A DNA stretch of 64,000 nt from Candidatus Multivoradales bacterium (GTDB lineage Bacteria; Acidobacteriota; Thermoanaerobaculia; Multivoradales; J023): NCBI GenBank assembly GCA_965248925.1, contig CBDFLE010000006.1, positions 4,704,001-4,768,000 of the forward strand. Direction: 5' to 3'. The position numbers were made by a program, and so were the translations under genes. How positions within the stretch are numbered: position 1 is the stretch's first letter; each line of letters starts with the position of its first letter. Of the stretch, positions 49,063 to 59,824 are shown piece after piece. The notes below the pieces were generated by a model that was given only the letters and a program-made list of their open reading frames with translations, ran no database searches and was not told where the DNA came from.

Positions 49063-50466
49063 ATGACCAAGATTTTCGAGCCTTTTCGCATCAAGGCGGT
49101 CGAGCCGATTCACCTCAGTTCACCTGCCGAGCGTGCGCAAGTTCTGGCTACTGCTGGTTACAACCTATTCAAGATACCGTCCGCGGCAGTGCTGATCGAC
49201 TTGCTATCCGACAGTGGTACCGGCGCCATGAGCGCCGCCCAATGGTCCGCCCTGATGTCCGGCGACGAGTCCTACGCCGGGGGCAGTAGCTTTCGCCGTT
49301 TCGAGGCCGCGGTCCACGACATCTTCGGCTTTCGCCATGTTATTCCGACCCATCAAGGGCGGGCGGCCGAGCGCATCCTGGCGTCGACCCTGTGCCAGCC
49401 GGGCGACGTGGTGCCCAACAACACCCACTTCGACACCACTCGCGCCAACCTCGAAGCGGCGGGCGCCACGGCCATCGATCTGCCCTGTCGTCAGGCCAGC
49501 GAGGTCGATCAACCCCACCCTTTCAAGGGGGATATCGATCTCAATGCCTTAGAGCAAGTGCTCGATGATCATCCCGGTCGGGTACCGCTGGTGATGCTGA
49601 CCGTGACTAATAACGGTGGCGGCGGACAACCAGTTTCGATGGCCAATCTTCGCGCCGCCTCGGTGCTGGCGCGGCGCCATGGGGTGCCGCTCTATCTCGA
49701 TGCCTGCCGTTTCGCTGAGAACGCCTACTTGATCCAGCAGCGCACACCTCGCTACGCCTCGCGGCCGCTGATCGATATCGCGAGGTTGATGTTTTCATTC
49801 GCTGAAGGCTGCACGATGAGCGCCAAGAAAGATGGCATGGCCAATATCGGCGGCTTCCTCTGCACCCGCGACGAGCAAGTCGCCGCGAAGCAGAAAGAGC
49901 TGTTGATTCTGACTGAGGGGTTTCCGACTTATGGCGGTTTGGCGGGCCGCGATCTGGAGTGCATCGCGGTGGGTCTCTACGAGGCTCTCGATCAGGACTA
50001 CCAGCGCTATCGGCACGCCATGACCAGCCATCTCGGTGGCCAGCTGACCGCCGCCGGAGTGCCGATTGTCGAGCCCCCAGGAGGCCACGCTATCTACATC
50101 GATGCGCGGCGCATGCTGCCGCACCTGCCGCCCGAGGCATATCCCGGCCAGGCGTTGGCGATCGAGCTTTACTTGCATGCCGGCATCCGCTCGGTGGAAA
50201 TCGGTTCAGTAATGTTTGGTCGCCTCGATCCGGTGACCGGCGAGGAGACTTTTGCCGAGCTCGATTTGGTACGCTTGGCGATGCCGCGACGGGTTTACAC
50301 CCGCAGCCACATCGACTACGTCGCCGACTCGATCTGCGAGATCGCCAGCCGCAGCCAGCTAGTACCGGGGGTGAGAATCGCCAGCCAGCCAGCGGCCCTG
50401 CGGCATTTCACCGCGGCTTTTGAGATGCTGCCGCTGGCCGATGAGCAACGTTTAGCCTCGGGGTGA
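49063..50466 (+). CDS. tnaA: Tryptophanase (beta-eliminating lyase)
   Basis: EPFRIKAVE, DSGT, HQGRAAE, MSAKKDG, EGFPTYGGL, LRHFT (His favours TnaA over tyrosine phenol-lyase). Confidence 0.85.
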   Translation: MTKIFEPFRIKAVEPIHLSSPAERAQVLATAGYNLFKIPSAAVLIDLLSDSGTGAMSAAQWSALMSGDESYAGGSSFRRFEAAVHDIFGFRHVIPTHQGRAAERILASTLCQPGDVVPNNTHFDTTRANLEAAGATAIDLPCRQASEVDQPHPFKGDIDLNALEQVLDDHPGRVPLVMLTVTNNGGGGQPVSMANLRAASVLARRHGVPLYLDACRFAENAYLIQQRTPRYASRPLIDIARLMFSFAEGCTMSAKKDGMANIGGFLCTRDEQVAAKQKELLILTEGFPTYGGLAGRDLECIAVGLYEALDQDYQRYRHAMTSHLGGQLTAAGVPIVEPPGGHAIYIDARRMLPHLPPEAYPGQALAIELYLHAGIRSVEIGSVMFGRLDPVTGEETFAELDLVRLAMPRRVYTRSHIDYVADSICEIASRSQLVPGVRIASQPAALRHFTAAFEMLPLADEQRLASG

Positions 50467-50568
50467 GGCTGGCAATCAGGCTGTACCGACCAGGCAATAA
50501 CAATTTGCCTGGGCTATACTCCAAGCTAGCTTAATTCATAGGATTCTGCAGCAGCGGAGGGATGGTCA

Positions 50569-52250
50569 GTGGTGCAGTGGCTAGAGGCGCAGGCACAGCG
50601 CGAGGAAGTGGCCAGGCCGATCCGCGAGCGCATGCGGCAAGAAGCCGCCCGAGCACCGGTGCGCGTCAGCCAGATGATCGCCTTGATTGCGGAGCGCCTT
50701 TTTGATTCGGAGCTTAGTGTCAAGAGTGTCGCCCTCGCCTGTGGCATTCGTGACAAGTCGATCTCCACCCATTTCGGTCGCCAGCTGGGCTGCACACCCC
50801 GACCCTACATCCGCGAAGCACGGCTGGAAACAGCCGCCGCTTTGCTGCGCACTACCCAGCTGCCGATCTTCGTCATTGCCGAGCTGGTTTGCTACGGCGA
50901 TCTCAGCAGCTTCGGCCATGCCTTCGAACGCTGGGATGGACAATCGCCAACAGCCTACCGGCAGCAGGCCACAGAGCACGCGCCGGGCCAGGAGCAGGTG
51001 TCCGATCCACCTCTCAGCGTGGCCACTTTGCGTCGAGTCTTGAACGGTAGTGCGGCTCCTGATGTGGTGCGGAAAGTGCTTTGCCGGGTCCAGTCGCTCT
51101 ATGCGGGACGACTGGACCCGAGGGTCGATCTGGCAGGCTCTGGCGAGCCGGAGATTGTCGATGGACGCAACTTTGAGCGGGTCTCGGCCGCCATCGAGTG
51201 GGAGACGCTACGCCAGCGCTCGCCGCAAGAGCAGATTGTCCGGGTTCGGGATCGCCTGCGCTTCCCCTCGGCGGCCCTCTGCAATCTGTTGCTCACTAAG
51301 AGCCGCGAGCAAGGTCGCACCGACCGCGCAGAAGGTGTCCGCCTGGTGGAACTAGCCTTGCATCACCTCGAGGGTAGCGCGGCGCTGCTCGGCGACAGGC
51401 TGCCGGACGTGCGCGCCAGAGCCTTGGCTCATCTTGGCAATGCTCATCGGCTGGCGCTCGATTTCGCCGCCGCCGAGCAGGCGTTTGCCGATGCCAAGGC
51501 CGAGTGGTATATGCCGCGGGAGCATCCTGATCAGACTGTACTCGCGGAGTCGCTTGCGCTTTTGTCGGCACTCCGCGTCTTTCAGCGTCGCCTTGACGAG
51601 GGGCTGCAGCTCATCAACGAAGCAATCACCTGCTTCAAGGCGGTGGAGGTTCCAGAACTCCTGGCACGGTCGTTGATCCGGCGCGCCTTGATTCATGATC
51701 TTCAAGCTGACTATCAAGCGGCAGTCCTCGATCTCCGCGTAGCGGCTGCTCTACTTGAAGAGGGACAGGATCCCTATCAGGATCTGGTCATAGCCAAGAA
51801 CCTGGCCACCTCCTATTCACTCGCCGGAAAGTACGACAAGGCGGAAGCTGCGCTGGCCCGTGCTCGCCAATGCTGTAAACGTAGCCAGAACCCCGTCGAT
51901 TGGGTGCAACTCACCTGGATCAAGGGCTTGATTCATGAGGGGCGACACCAGCTTGACCAGGCAGCCGGCTGCTATTCCGGTGCGCGGCTAGGCTTCATTG
52001 CGCGGCAAGAATGGGGCCATGACGCGGCCGTCTCACTCTACTTGGCAGGGGTCCTGGTCAAGCAAGACAAGATGGAGGAGGCGCTACCGGTGATCGCCGA
52101 GACCCTGCCGCTTCTTGACAGTCTTGGGTTGCACCCGATGCTCTCGAAGCACGCGGCCTACTCGGGCAAGCCTTGGTCGCTCAAGAGGTGAATTTGGCAG
52201 CTCTCCTGCGAGCCCGGGACCTACTTGACCGCATGCGACGCAACAGCTGA
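50569..52250 (+). CDS. AraC-type HTH + TPR protein; probable 1-bp frameshift near 52136 (called ORF stops at 52191)
   Basis: GCTPRPYIREARLETAAALL...IAELVCYGDLSSFGHAFERWDGQSP AraC signature; TPR helices; helical tail continues in an alternate frame to TGA 52248-52250. Confidence 0.8.
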
Positions 52251-52808
52251 CGTCTGAAGGTGGACGACGGCTCCATCGCCCACCCACTACCAACATTGGT
52301 TTCTCCTTCTAGCCGTAGGGATCTCCCAGCGGGAAGAACCCATCTGGGGCCGAGTGCGGGAAGAAGATCTACGGATCAAGATGCGGCCTGGCGCAAGATG
52401 CTTTCTCCGCTGCCGTCACAACAAACATCAGCAAGGTCATTGGTTGCCTCCTTGGGTCACCAGGGCCTCTGCCGGGATGGCAGCACCCGATATCGATGAA
52501 CCCTAGCGCTGGGCAGGAGATCACACCAGTAGTTCGAACAATTTCAAGGACCCGAGACAAGGGAGGTCCAACCAGGCGCGGCTGGCGGGGGCCAGCACCA
52601 GCATTTGGCACGAATGGACAGGTGGCGTCGCCACAACTCACCAGGATGATCTCCTTCAGGGGCCTACCCATTCCCTGCCAAAGTCCTGGTCCTGGATGCG
52701 GCATGAAAGACGCTTCCTCCCATCAGCGGCCAGGCGGTAGTCATTGCCCCTGCTCTCTCGACTGGCGCTCGTTCTGGCCGCCGCTTTTTGCTCTCTGAAG
52801 GAGTAGTC

Positions 52809-53258
52809 GTGGATGAAGAAAGTGTGGAAGTGCCCTGCCACCCGAGATTGCTGCAGATCACGGTGACAGTGCCCGAGGGTTTGATCGGATTGCTGCACGA
52901 ATATGCTGACCTTTTGGGAGTCTCTCTCAGTCAGGCCGTCGGTACGGCGGTCCAGCGCTATCTTCGCAATTGGAACCTCGCGGAGCTGGTGCTACACGAT
53001 CAGATCGAACGGCTGCTAGCCGCCGACGGCCGCAGCTGGCGGCAGGTTTCCGAGCTGCTCGACCCGCGTTGTGAAGGCGGCATCGAATACGAACGCTTGA
53101 TCTGCAACCTCGATGCCCGCATTGCCCGCAGGGGTGGCCAAGTCCGGCGCCTGCAGTGGCTACATCAGCGCCTGATCCAAGAGCTCGATGACCAGCTGCT
53201 TGCCAAGGCGCGCCGGCTAGTTGAGGCGGTCGTAGGCGGAGAGTGGAGTGCGACCTAG
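52809..53258 (+). CDS. Hypothetical protein with ribbon-helix-helix-like N-terminus
   Basis: AAGGAG SD; QITVTVP...YADLLGVSLSQAV. Confidence 0.5.
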   Translation: MDEESVEVPCHPRLLQITVTVPEGLIGLLHEYADLLGVSLSQAVGTAVQRYLRNWNLAELVLHDQIERLLAADGRSWRQVSELLDPRCEGGIEYERLICNLDARIARRGGQVRRLQWLHQRLIQELDDQLLAKARRLVEAVVGGEWSAT

Positions 53259-53517
53259 ATGGCATAGCACCCCATTCGCGAGCCGGTTGCTCAGCAGCTG
53301 TCCTAGCTTCGGGCTGCCAACGGAGTTCATGCTCGCCCGTGCCGGAGGAACACTCAACGAGGGAATCGTGGGCGACCCACTATTTGAAATGAAACTGTGG
53401 CAAAATGGACAGCGATGATCGTACTCGTAAGAAAAACTTGATCTTAAGAGACTGAGATCTACTAACAATGGAGGCATGAGAATGAAGTGCTTGTCCGTCA
53501 GTAACGACAGAGAGTTC

Positions 53518-54279
53518 ATGGGGCGAAGGAATCGTTTACCGATTTTCTTACTTGCAACTCTTGCAATGCTACTCATATTAGCCGCCAGTGACCTGGTGGC
53601 TCAGGATGAAACTAAAGAGCCGGATCCAATCTTCGTGGTCAAACGTCCGTGGCGAGAACCGACCCACCCAGACTGGGTTTCCGCCGACGCTGCCCAAGTA
53701 GGCGGTAAGCTCAACGAGGATCTATTCCGCTGGCCACGGGGGCTACGCAGACTGCTCAACTCGCAGCCGGTTGATCCCGAATCTGGGTGTATACCCTACG
53801 GGAAGACCGACGATGTCTTCCCGGATTTCCTGGGTTTCGAGTCCTCGCGGCTGGTCGCACACCTGAAGATTACACATGCCGTCCCCGGCTTCTTGGGCGG
53901 CTTCCCCGGCACACTTTTCCGTGGTACTTTGGCTGGAGGAGGATTGTTGCGCAAACCCGTCACTCTTGAGGACCAACAGGTTTTCGACTTCTTCATGCTC
54001 AGTGGCCGGGTACCTTTGGAAGATAAAGTTATCTGCGCCGACGACCGCCGCTTTCCTCACGATCTGCGGGTTGGCGACGAAGCGATCATCTTCTCCGCCG
54101 ACACATTCGTCCCAACTCCGTCGGAGAGTTTTGTCGAGATTGGCTACGGTGGCGTCTTGGCCTTTCGCGACGGCTGGATGCTGCTGCAAGGGGAAGCTCA
54201 GAAGCGCCTGAAGCTAAGCGATAGCAGAGAAAAGACCCTCGAAATCATCCGTGGAAAGCTTGCTAAGGAGGCTGAGTGA
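53518..54279 (+). CDS. Secreted hypothetical protein; start uncertain
   Basis: Signal-like hydrophobic stretch; stop overlaps the start of the next gene. Confidence 0.65.
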   Translation: MGRRNRLPIFLLATLAMLLILAASDLVAQDETKEPDPIFVVKRPWREPTHPDWVSADAAQVGGKLNEDLFRWPRGLRRLLNSQPVDPESGCIPYGKTDDVFPDFLGFESSRLVAHLKITHAVPGFLGGFPGTLFRGTLAGGGLLRKPVTLEDQQVFDFFMLSGRVPLEDKVICADDRRFPHDLRVGDEAIIFSADTFVPTPSESFVEIGYGGVLAFRDGWMLLQGEAQKRLKLSDSREKTLEIIRGKLAKEAE

Positions 54280-55051
54280 TGCGCCGAAACTACTTGGCGC
54301 ACCTGTCCATTGTATGCTTGCTTACGTTGCCTGCCCACGGGCAGTCGTGCGTCAATCGAGAGGTCCCGTTCGAAACCCCAAGTTTTAGCAACGTGGTCTT
54401 CAATCTGAGTAATGTTCCTGCAACCCACCGGGGCAGGTTTAGAGAGGCTATGGCTGCTTGGAATTCCCAGTCGTGCAACACGGAAGGAGCATTCGGCGCT
54501 GATTATGATTTTCCCTATCTCAAGGAAGGGGCAGCCTCGGCGTACGATTTTCAGGCTTTCGTCTTCTTCCACCAGAGACCGAATCCACGCAATACAGAGT
54601 CTTGTGGTAGGCGCGGTGCTGACGAGATCCATCTCTATTCCACAGCCACGTTGACCAATGGAACCACGACCTACACGGTCGATTGCCGAAACCCGGCAGT
54701 CATGGCCGATACCGCCGCGCATGAAATCGGCCATATGTTGGGACTTGGGCACATCAACAACCAGACCTGCGTCACCTCTATTATGGCCGGTCTCGGTATT
54801 TCCCCACAGGGGCAGTTGATCAACAGAAGCATTCAGGCAGTTGAATGCCAGACCGTTGCCACCTCCCATGAGACTCCCGATGAGGCGCAAGCAGAAGAAG
54901 ACTGGTGCGGGACAGAGGGAACTGCTTGCCATGATGGGGACTACGATTACTGTAGCCCGATCGTCGTCCCGCTGACCGAGAAGTAAGACCTCGCCCCGCC
55001 CCACCTGGACAGATTGGCCTCAGTCGGGTAGCGAGTTGCGTCGTTCGGCGG

Positions 55052-56587
55052 TCAATCGCCGGGAATGGCCGGCAGGGTGACGGTGCCGGGTTTTTCGAGA
55101 GCGGCCCGAGTCGCCTTGAGCAGGTACGCGTAGGGCTCATCGCCGGCAAGCTTGGCGCTCTCGGTGAGGCTGTAGAGGATCGCCGCGACCTCGGTTCCCC
55201 GCTTGGAGCGCGACCCGTAGTGGTTCTTGCGTCCGATGACGACGCCTCGCAGCTCCCGCTCTGCAAGGTTGTTGTCGAGGGGAATTAGGGGGTTTTCAAG
55301 AAAACGCGTTAGCCCTTTCCAATGGCCGAGCAGGTAGTTGACTGCCTTGCCCAATCCGCTGCGCGGCAGGGCTACGGGTCTGGTCTCCATAGCCCAAGCT
55401 TGCAGCTTTTTGAGAATGGGCCCGGAGTGCTCGGCGCGCAGCTTCAGGCGCAGATCCAGAAGCTCTTGCGGCTCCGGAACTTGGATAGCCGGTACCTTCC
55501 GCTCCACTTTGAAAAGATCGCTGATCATGTCCAGCGCTTGACCACAGTGTTTTGGGTAGTTGTGCTCTGCGTCGGCGAATTTTCTTCGTGCGTGTGCCCA
55601 GCAGTGGGCCAGTGTGAATCCAGGACCGGCGCGGGATGCCGACTGATCGTCCCTCTTGGCCTCACTCTTGGCCAGAGCCTTGTAGGCCGAGTATCCGTCG
55701 CACACCACGATGCCCTGATAACCAGAGAGGATCGACCTGGCAGATTTTTCCGAGCGAGTTCCGCACAATCGATAGAACACCGCCTGCCGATTGGCCACGC
55801 TCCACACCCACCACTTGGAATTTTCTTGACGAGTCACCAGCCGCCAGTGAGTCTCGTCGGCGTGGACCACCGGAGCCATGAGCACCTTGTCATGCAGAGC
55901 CAGGTAGCTCGGCGTCAGCACCCTGGCCAAAGCTTCGATCTGGTCCCACAGAGTCTGCGAGCTGACGTTCAGCCCTTCCCGCGCCATGCTTCGGCTCTGG
56001 CGCTCAAGAGGTGCATGGTCAAGGTATTTGCTGATTGCCACCTCGACCGCGAACTCTGGTGCATAGCGCCCTCCAGGGATCAGCTTTGGCAGCGCTGGCG
56101 CCGTGACCACTGCCGCGTTGCAGCGACAGCGATACTTCTGACGCTGGTGCTTGACCATGATGAAGTGTCGCCGGACTACGGAGATCTCGTCGGAATCTTC
56201 CGTCTGATCACCCATCGGCTGAAGGGAGCCGTCGCAGGTCGGGCAAACCTGCTCTGCAATGGGTAGCTCGAGGAGTTTCTCGACCACTGGCAGCAAGGGC
56301 TGCGGAGTCGGCCCGTGGCCGGTCTGCGGCTTACGCTCCGACGCTGGGGTCCGCGTCCTGGGGCGTTTCTCCGAGGACGGGCCGAAGATCTTTCGCTCGC
56401 GTTGAGCGAGAATCTCCTGCAGTTGCTCAAGCTCAAGTTGCAGGGTAGCAGCGCCGGCCCCTGCAAGATGTGCGTTGCTAACTATCAGATTCTTGATGCG
56501 CTCGTGCAGGTGTCGATTCTCGCGATCGAGCAGCAGCGCAATTTGACGCAGAACGTCGGGGCGCTGTTCGTTCTCGATCCGAAGCAT
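55052..56587 (-). CDS. tnpC: IS66 transposase
   Basis: FGPSSEK, CPTC zinc finger, HADET, CDGY, CWAHARRKF, DNNLAERELR. Confidence 0.95.
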   Translation of the reverse strand: MLRIENEQRPDVLRQIALLLDRENRHLHERIKNLIVSNAHLAGAGAATLQLELEQLQEILAQRERKIFGPSSEKRPRTRTPASERKPQTGHGPTPQPLLPVVEKLLELPIAEQVCPTCDGSLQPMGDQTEDSDEISVVRRHFIMVKHQRQKYRCRCNAAVVTAPALPKLIPGGRYAPEFAVEVAISKYLDHAPLERQSRSMAREGLNVSSQTLWDQIEALARVLTPSYLALHDKVLMAPVVHADETHWRLVTRQENSKWWVWSVANRQAVFYRLCGTRSEKSARSILSGYQGIVVCDGYSAYKALAKSEAKRDDQSASRAGPGFTLAHCWAHARRKFADAEHNYPKHCGQALDMISDLFKVERKVPAIQVPEPQELLDLRLKLRAEHSGPILKKLQAWAMETRPVALPRSGLGKAVNYLLGHWKGLTRFLENPLIPLDNNLAERELRGVVIGRKNHYGSRSKRGTEVAAILYSLTESAKLAGDEPYAYLLKATRAALEKPGTVTLPAIPGD

Positions 56588-56608
56588 GCGTCTATTATAG
56601 ATCAGAAA

Positions 56609-56983
56609 TCAGGCTGCGTCAGCAACCTTTTTCCTCACAAATAGGGGCGGCGAGAGCCTCATCTTTCCGATCAGCTTGCTGCCCTCCAAGAACAAGGCCA
56701 GCTCACTCATAGTCAGCCGCAGCCGGTCCTCTTCCCGTTCGCGCCACAGACAGGCAAACCGCCCCTGCTCGAGCCGCTTGCTGTAGACACAGAGCCCGGT
56801 ACCGTCCCAGACCAGAACCTTCGCGAGGGTTTGCGCCCGATTGACGAATAGGAACAGATCGCCTGAGAGAGGGTCTTGGTCAAGCTCGCCGGTCACCAGA
56901 CCCGAGAGACCGTCGAACCCCTTGCGGAGGTCGGCAGGCGCACCGAAGGCGTAGACGCTGACCCGGCGGGTCGAGCCGATCAT
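56609..56983 (-). CDS. tnpB: IS66 accessory protein TnpB (Orf2)
   Basis: DLRKGFDGL, LFLFVNR, WDGTG, KRLEQGRF. Confidence 0.95.
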   Translation of the reverse strand: MIGSTRRVSVYAFGAPADLRKGFDGLSGLVTGELDQDPLSGDLFLFVNRAQTLAKVLVWDGTGLCVYSKRLEQGRFACLWREREEDRLRLTMSELALFLEGSKLIGKMRLSPPLFVRKKVADAA

Positions 56984-57354
56984 CCGAGCGCTTCCAGCAG
57001 CAATGCCACGTCGGCCAGAGCCAGGCCCTCCACGCGGTGGCCAGCGACAGTCACCAGGACCAAGCCCTCTCGATGGCTTCGATTCATGATTGCTACTTCG
57101 TCGGCCTCTACGACTTCGACCGCCCGCAGCTGAATCGGCCTCGGCGGCGCTGCCTCGATCCAGCGGCGGAGCGTGTCGACGCCGACTCCCAAAGCAGCGG
57201 CCACCCGGCCCAACCGATCGCCGTTGGACTGCGCTTCCAAAGCAACTTCCACGGCTTCTGCCCGAAGGGAAGCCGGATACCGACATCCGCGGCCTGGGCG
57301 GCAGCCAAAGTAGACCTCGACCTGATGACGAAAGCTCGCAATTCGTTGTTCCAT
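56980..57354 (-). CDS. tnpA: IS66 accessory HTH protein TnpA
   Basis: RYPASLRAEAV...VAAALGV...TLRRW. Confidence 0.85.
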   Translation of the reverse strand: MEQRIASFRHQVEVYFGCRPGRGCRYPASLRAEAVEVALEAQSNGDRLGRVAAALGVGVDTLRRWIEAAPPRPIQLRAVEVVEADEVAIMNRSHREGLVLVTVAGHRVEGLALADVALLLEALG

Positions 57355-58309
57355 AACGGTTCCTCCTTTTGAGGAATCACCATGCAACAGATCCGGCCGC
57401 TTGGCCAGACGGGGCGCGGCGATGTCTTACACCGAGAAGACAGAACTAGTCTTTACTTCGCCGGATAAGGGCGTCGAGATTGATCTCGATGGCGATGGCA
57501 TCAAGGACCGGGTTGGCAGGACTTATCCCGGTAGCCAGCTGGCGCTTCTCTGGCGGGACCGAAATGGCAATGGCAAGGTCGAGGATGGTAGTGAGCTGTT
57601 CGGCTCCTCGACGCTGCTGAGGGATGGTACTTTGGCACTCAATGGCTACTTTGCGTTGGGTGATATGGACGCCGATCACAACGGCTGGGTCGAGCCCAGA
57701 GACGCGGGATGGAGTGAGCTTCTGCTGTGGGTGGATGAAAACCACGATAGCGAGAGCCAACAGCGAGAGATCTTGACTCTCGATATGGCGGGGATCTACG
57801 CTCTTCGGGTCTAGGCGTTACCCCTTAGCTTGCGCGATGAGCACGGAAACTGGTCTTGGTGGTGGTCGGAGGCCTACATCGAGAACGATTCCGGCGAGAC
57901 CTTCAAGGTGCCGACAGTCGATGTGTTTTTTGTTCATGGTGGCCACTGACTTGGTCCGCCGTTTGGCCAAGGAGCCAAACGGCCGGTCGGTGGCCAAAGC
58001 TAGCCCGCTGGTCCGATTTGGCTGGGTGGCGAGAGAGTGGCGGCAGGGCTCGTCAGCGGCGGGCAATGCTGCTATATTGGACCTTCGTTCTGGGCCTTTT
58101 TCGTGTCGAAGGCCGGTGCGCGGCTGCTGGCTTGCGATTTGTAGCCAGCTAGCGTACCCACCTCGTGTACCCAGTTCGCAGTCCGGGGGGACTAAGTGCC
58201 ATTTTGCAGACCTCAATGCCGCAGCCGCTCAGCGGTCGTCGTCCGCTCTGTGCTTGGTGGGAGGTAGCTGGCAGCGCCGGTATTCTGAGGTCGGTGGCGG
58301 GATTCAACC

Positions 58310-59824
58310 ATGCAGCAAGAGGGCTTTTTAGAGGATTTCATTGGCGAGGCTCGGGAGATCATCGAATCTGTCGAGGAGGGATTGCTGAACCTAGAATCAG
58401 CGTCGGCTGGGGCCCGCTTGAAGATTCTCGACACGGTGCGCCGTGGTCTGCACACCCTCAAGGGCAATGCCGGCATGATGGGGCTGAGCAAGATTCAGCA
58501 GCTCGCCCACCGGCTGGAGGATCTGGTCGAGGAGCTGGATTCCGCACGCCCTGACGTCAGCCATCTGTTGGCTGGTCTTGATCGCTGTCGGGAATTGCTT
58601 GACGAGGCTGAAAATGTTGGCCAGAAGGAGGACGTCTCTGCTGCTGGGCTGGCAGGCAGTCTGCGGGTGGGCGCAGCGGCCCTCGACTCGCTGGTCGACA
58701 GGCTGGCGGAGATGGTGGTGTTGCGCAACCGTCTCCAGGAAGTGATTGACCGTGGCCGGTCGCTGTTGCCGGCGCGAGACTTCTGGAATGAGCTGGAGCA
58801 GACCGAGGAGCGATTGGGCAAGAATCTGCAACAGATTCGCACCGAAGTGATGGGCCTGCGTCTAGTACCGCTGGGCACTCTCTTCGGGGCCCTGCGGCGG
58901 ATTGTTCACGACGAGGCGCGGCGCTCTGGCAAGGAAGTCGAGTTTGATATCACCGCCAGTGAGACCACCCTCGATAAGGGTCTGCTGGAGGTCGCCAGCC
59001 AAGCTCTGGGACATATGGTTCGCAACGCCGTGGTGCACGGGATCGAGTTGGCCGCGGAGCGCCTCCGGGTCGGCAAACCGGCCTCAGGTCGAGTGAGCCT
59101 GGAGAGCGAGATTCGTGGCGATGAGGTGCTGATTACCCTGGCTGACGACGGTGCTGGCGTCGATCGTCAAGCGTTGGCGGAGGTCGCGACCCGTCATGGG
59201 CTCAAAGCCACCGCCGAACATGAACTGCTCGGCACCCTCTTTCTGCCCGGTTTGAGCACTCACTCCGGAACCGATCTCGGTGCCGGTCGCGGAATCGGTC
59301 TGTCTGCGGCGGTGGGTGCCGTTCAAGGCATGGGGGGTCGCATCGAGGTCAGTTCAGAGAGCGGCCAAGGCACCAGTTTCCGAGTCTTCTTGCCGCTGGC
59401 GGTGTCGACCGCGCGGGCCTTGATGCTGCGGGTCGACGGCGAGATCTATGCCCTGCCGTTGGCCACCATCGTCGAGGCTCAGCAGCTGCTGGTGGAGGAG
59501 GGCGCGGAGCAGCTCTCGGGCGAAGTCTACCGTTGGCGACAGCAAGATGTGCCGGCGATCGACCTGGGTTTCCTGTTCGGCACCGCGCGCTTGCCACGGG
59601 CCGAGGGCTACGCGGTGATGATCGAAGTCGATCAACAACAGCGGGCGTTGCTGGTCGATACTCTGATCGAGATCCGCGAGATCGTGGTTAAGGATCTCGA
59701 CCCAGTTTTCGGTGGGCCTCTCGGGATCGGCGGCACCACCGTGTTGCCAGATGGGCGTGCGGTGTTGATGCTCAATCCGCTGGGCCTAATGGCGGCCGAG
59801 ATCGTAGTGGAGAAGAGTGCGTGA
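58310..59824 (+). CDS. cheA: Chemotaxis histidine kinase (compact, no P2 domain)
   Basis: HTLKG Hpt; HMVRNAVVHGIE, DDGAG, GRGIGL; C-terminal CheW domain. Confidence 0.93.
   Translation: MQQEGFLEDFIGEAREIIESVEEGLLNLESASAGARLKILDTVRRGLHTLKGNAGMMGLSKIQQLAHRLEDLVEELDSARPDVSHLLAGLDRCRELLDEAENVGQKEDVSAAGLAGSLRVGAAALDSLVDRLAEMVVLRNRLQEVIDRGRSLLPARDFWNELEQTEERLGKNLQQIRTEVMGLRLVPLGTLFGALRRIVHDEARRSGKEVEFDITASETTLDKGLLEVASQALGHMVRNAVVHGIELAAERLRVGKPASGRVSLESEIRGDEVLITLADDGAGVDRQALAEVATRHGLKATAEHELLGTLFLPGLSTHSGTDLGAGRGIGLSAAVGAVQGMGGRIEVSSESGQGTSFRVFLPLAVSTARALMLRVDGEIYALPLATIVEAQQLLVEEGAEQLSGEVYRWRQQDVPAIDLGFLFGTARLPRAEGYAVMIEVDQQQRALLVDTLIEIREIVVKDLDPVFGGPLGIGGTTVLPDGRAVLMLNPLGLMAAEIVVEKSA

Larger units (their letters stand above)
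54983..57430 (-). mobile_element. Complete IS66-family element
   Basis: TIRs GTAAGACCTCGCCCCGCCCC / GTAAGACATCGCCGCGCCCC; 8-bp TSD ACCGAGAA at 54975-54982 and 57431-57438; tnpABC. Confidence 0.97.
54279..57949 (+). pseudogene. Secreted matrixin-like metalloprotease with C-terminal Ca-binding (FrpC SPM-like) domain, split by IS66
   Basis: HEIGHMLGLGH + SIM Met-turn; frame restored on removing the IS and one TSD (PLTEK-TELVF); extra TAG at 57812-57814; ends DVFFVHGGH*. Confidence 0.85.

Noticed and set aside
56609-56983. RNA-guided TnpB nuclease
   Set aside because: This is the small IS66 accessory TnpB, unrelated to IS200/IS605 RuvC TnpB.
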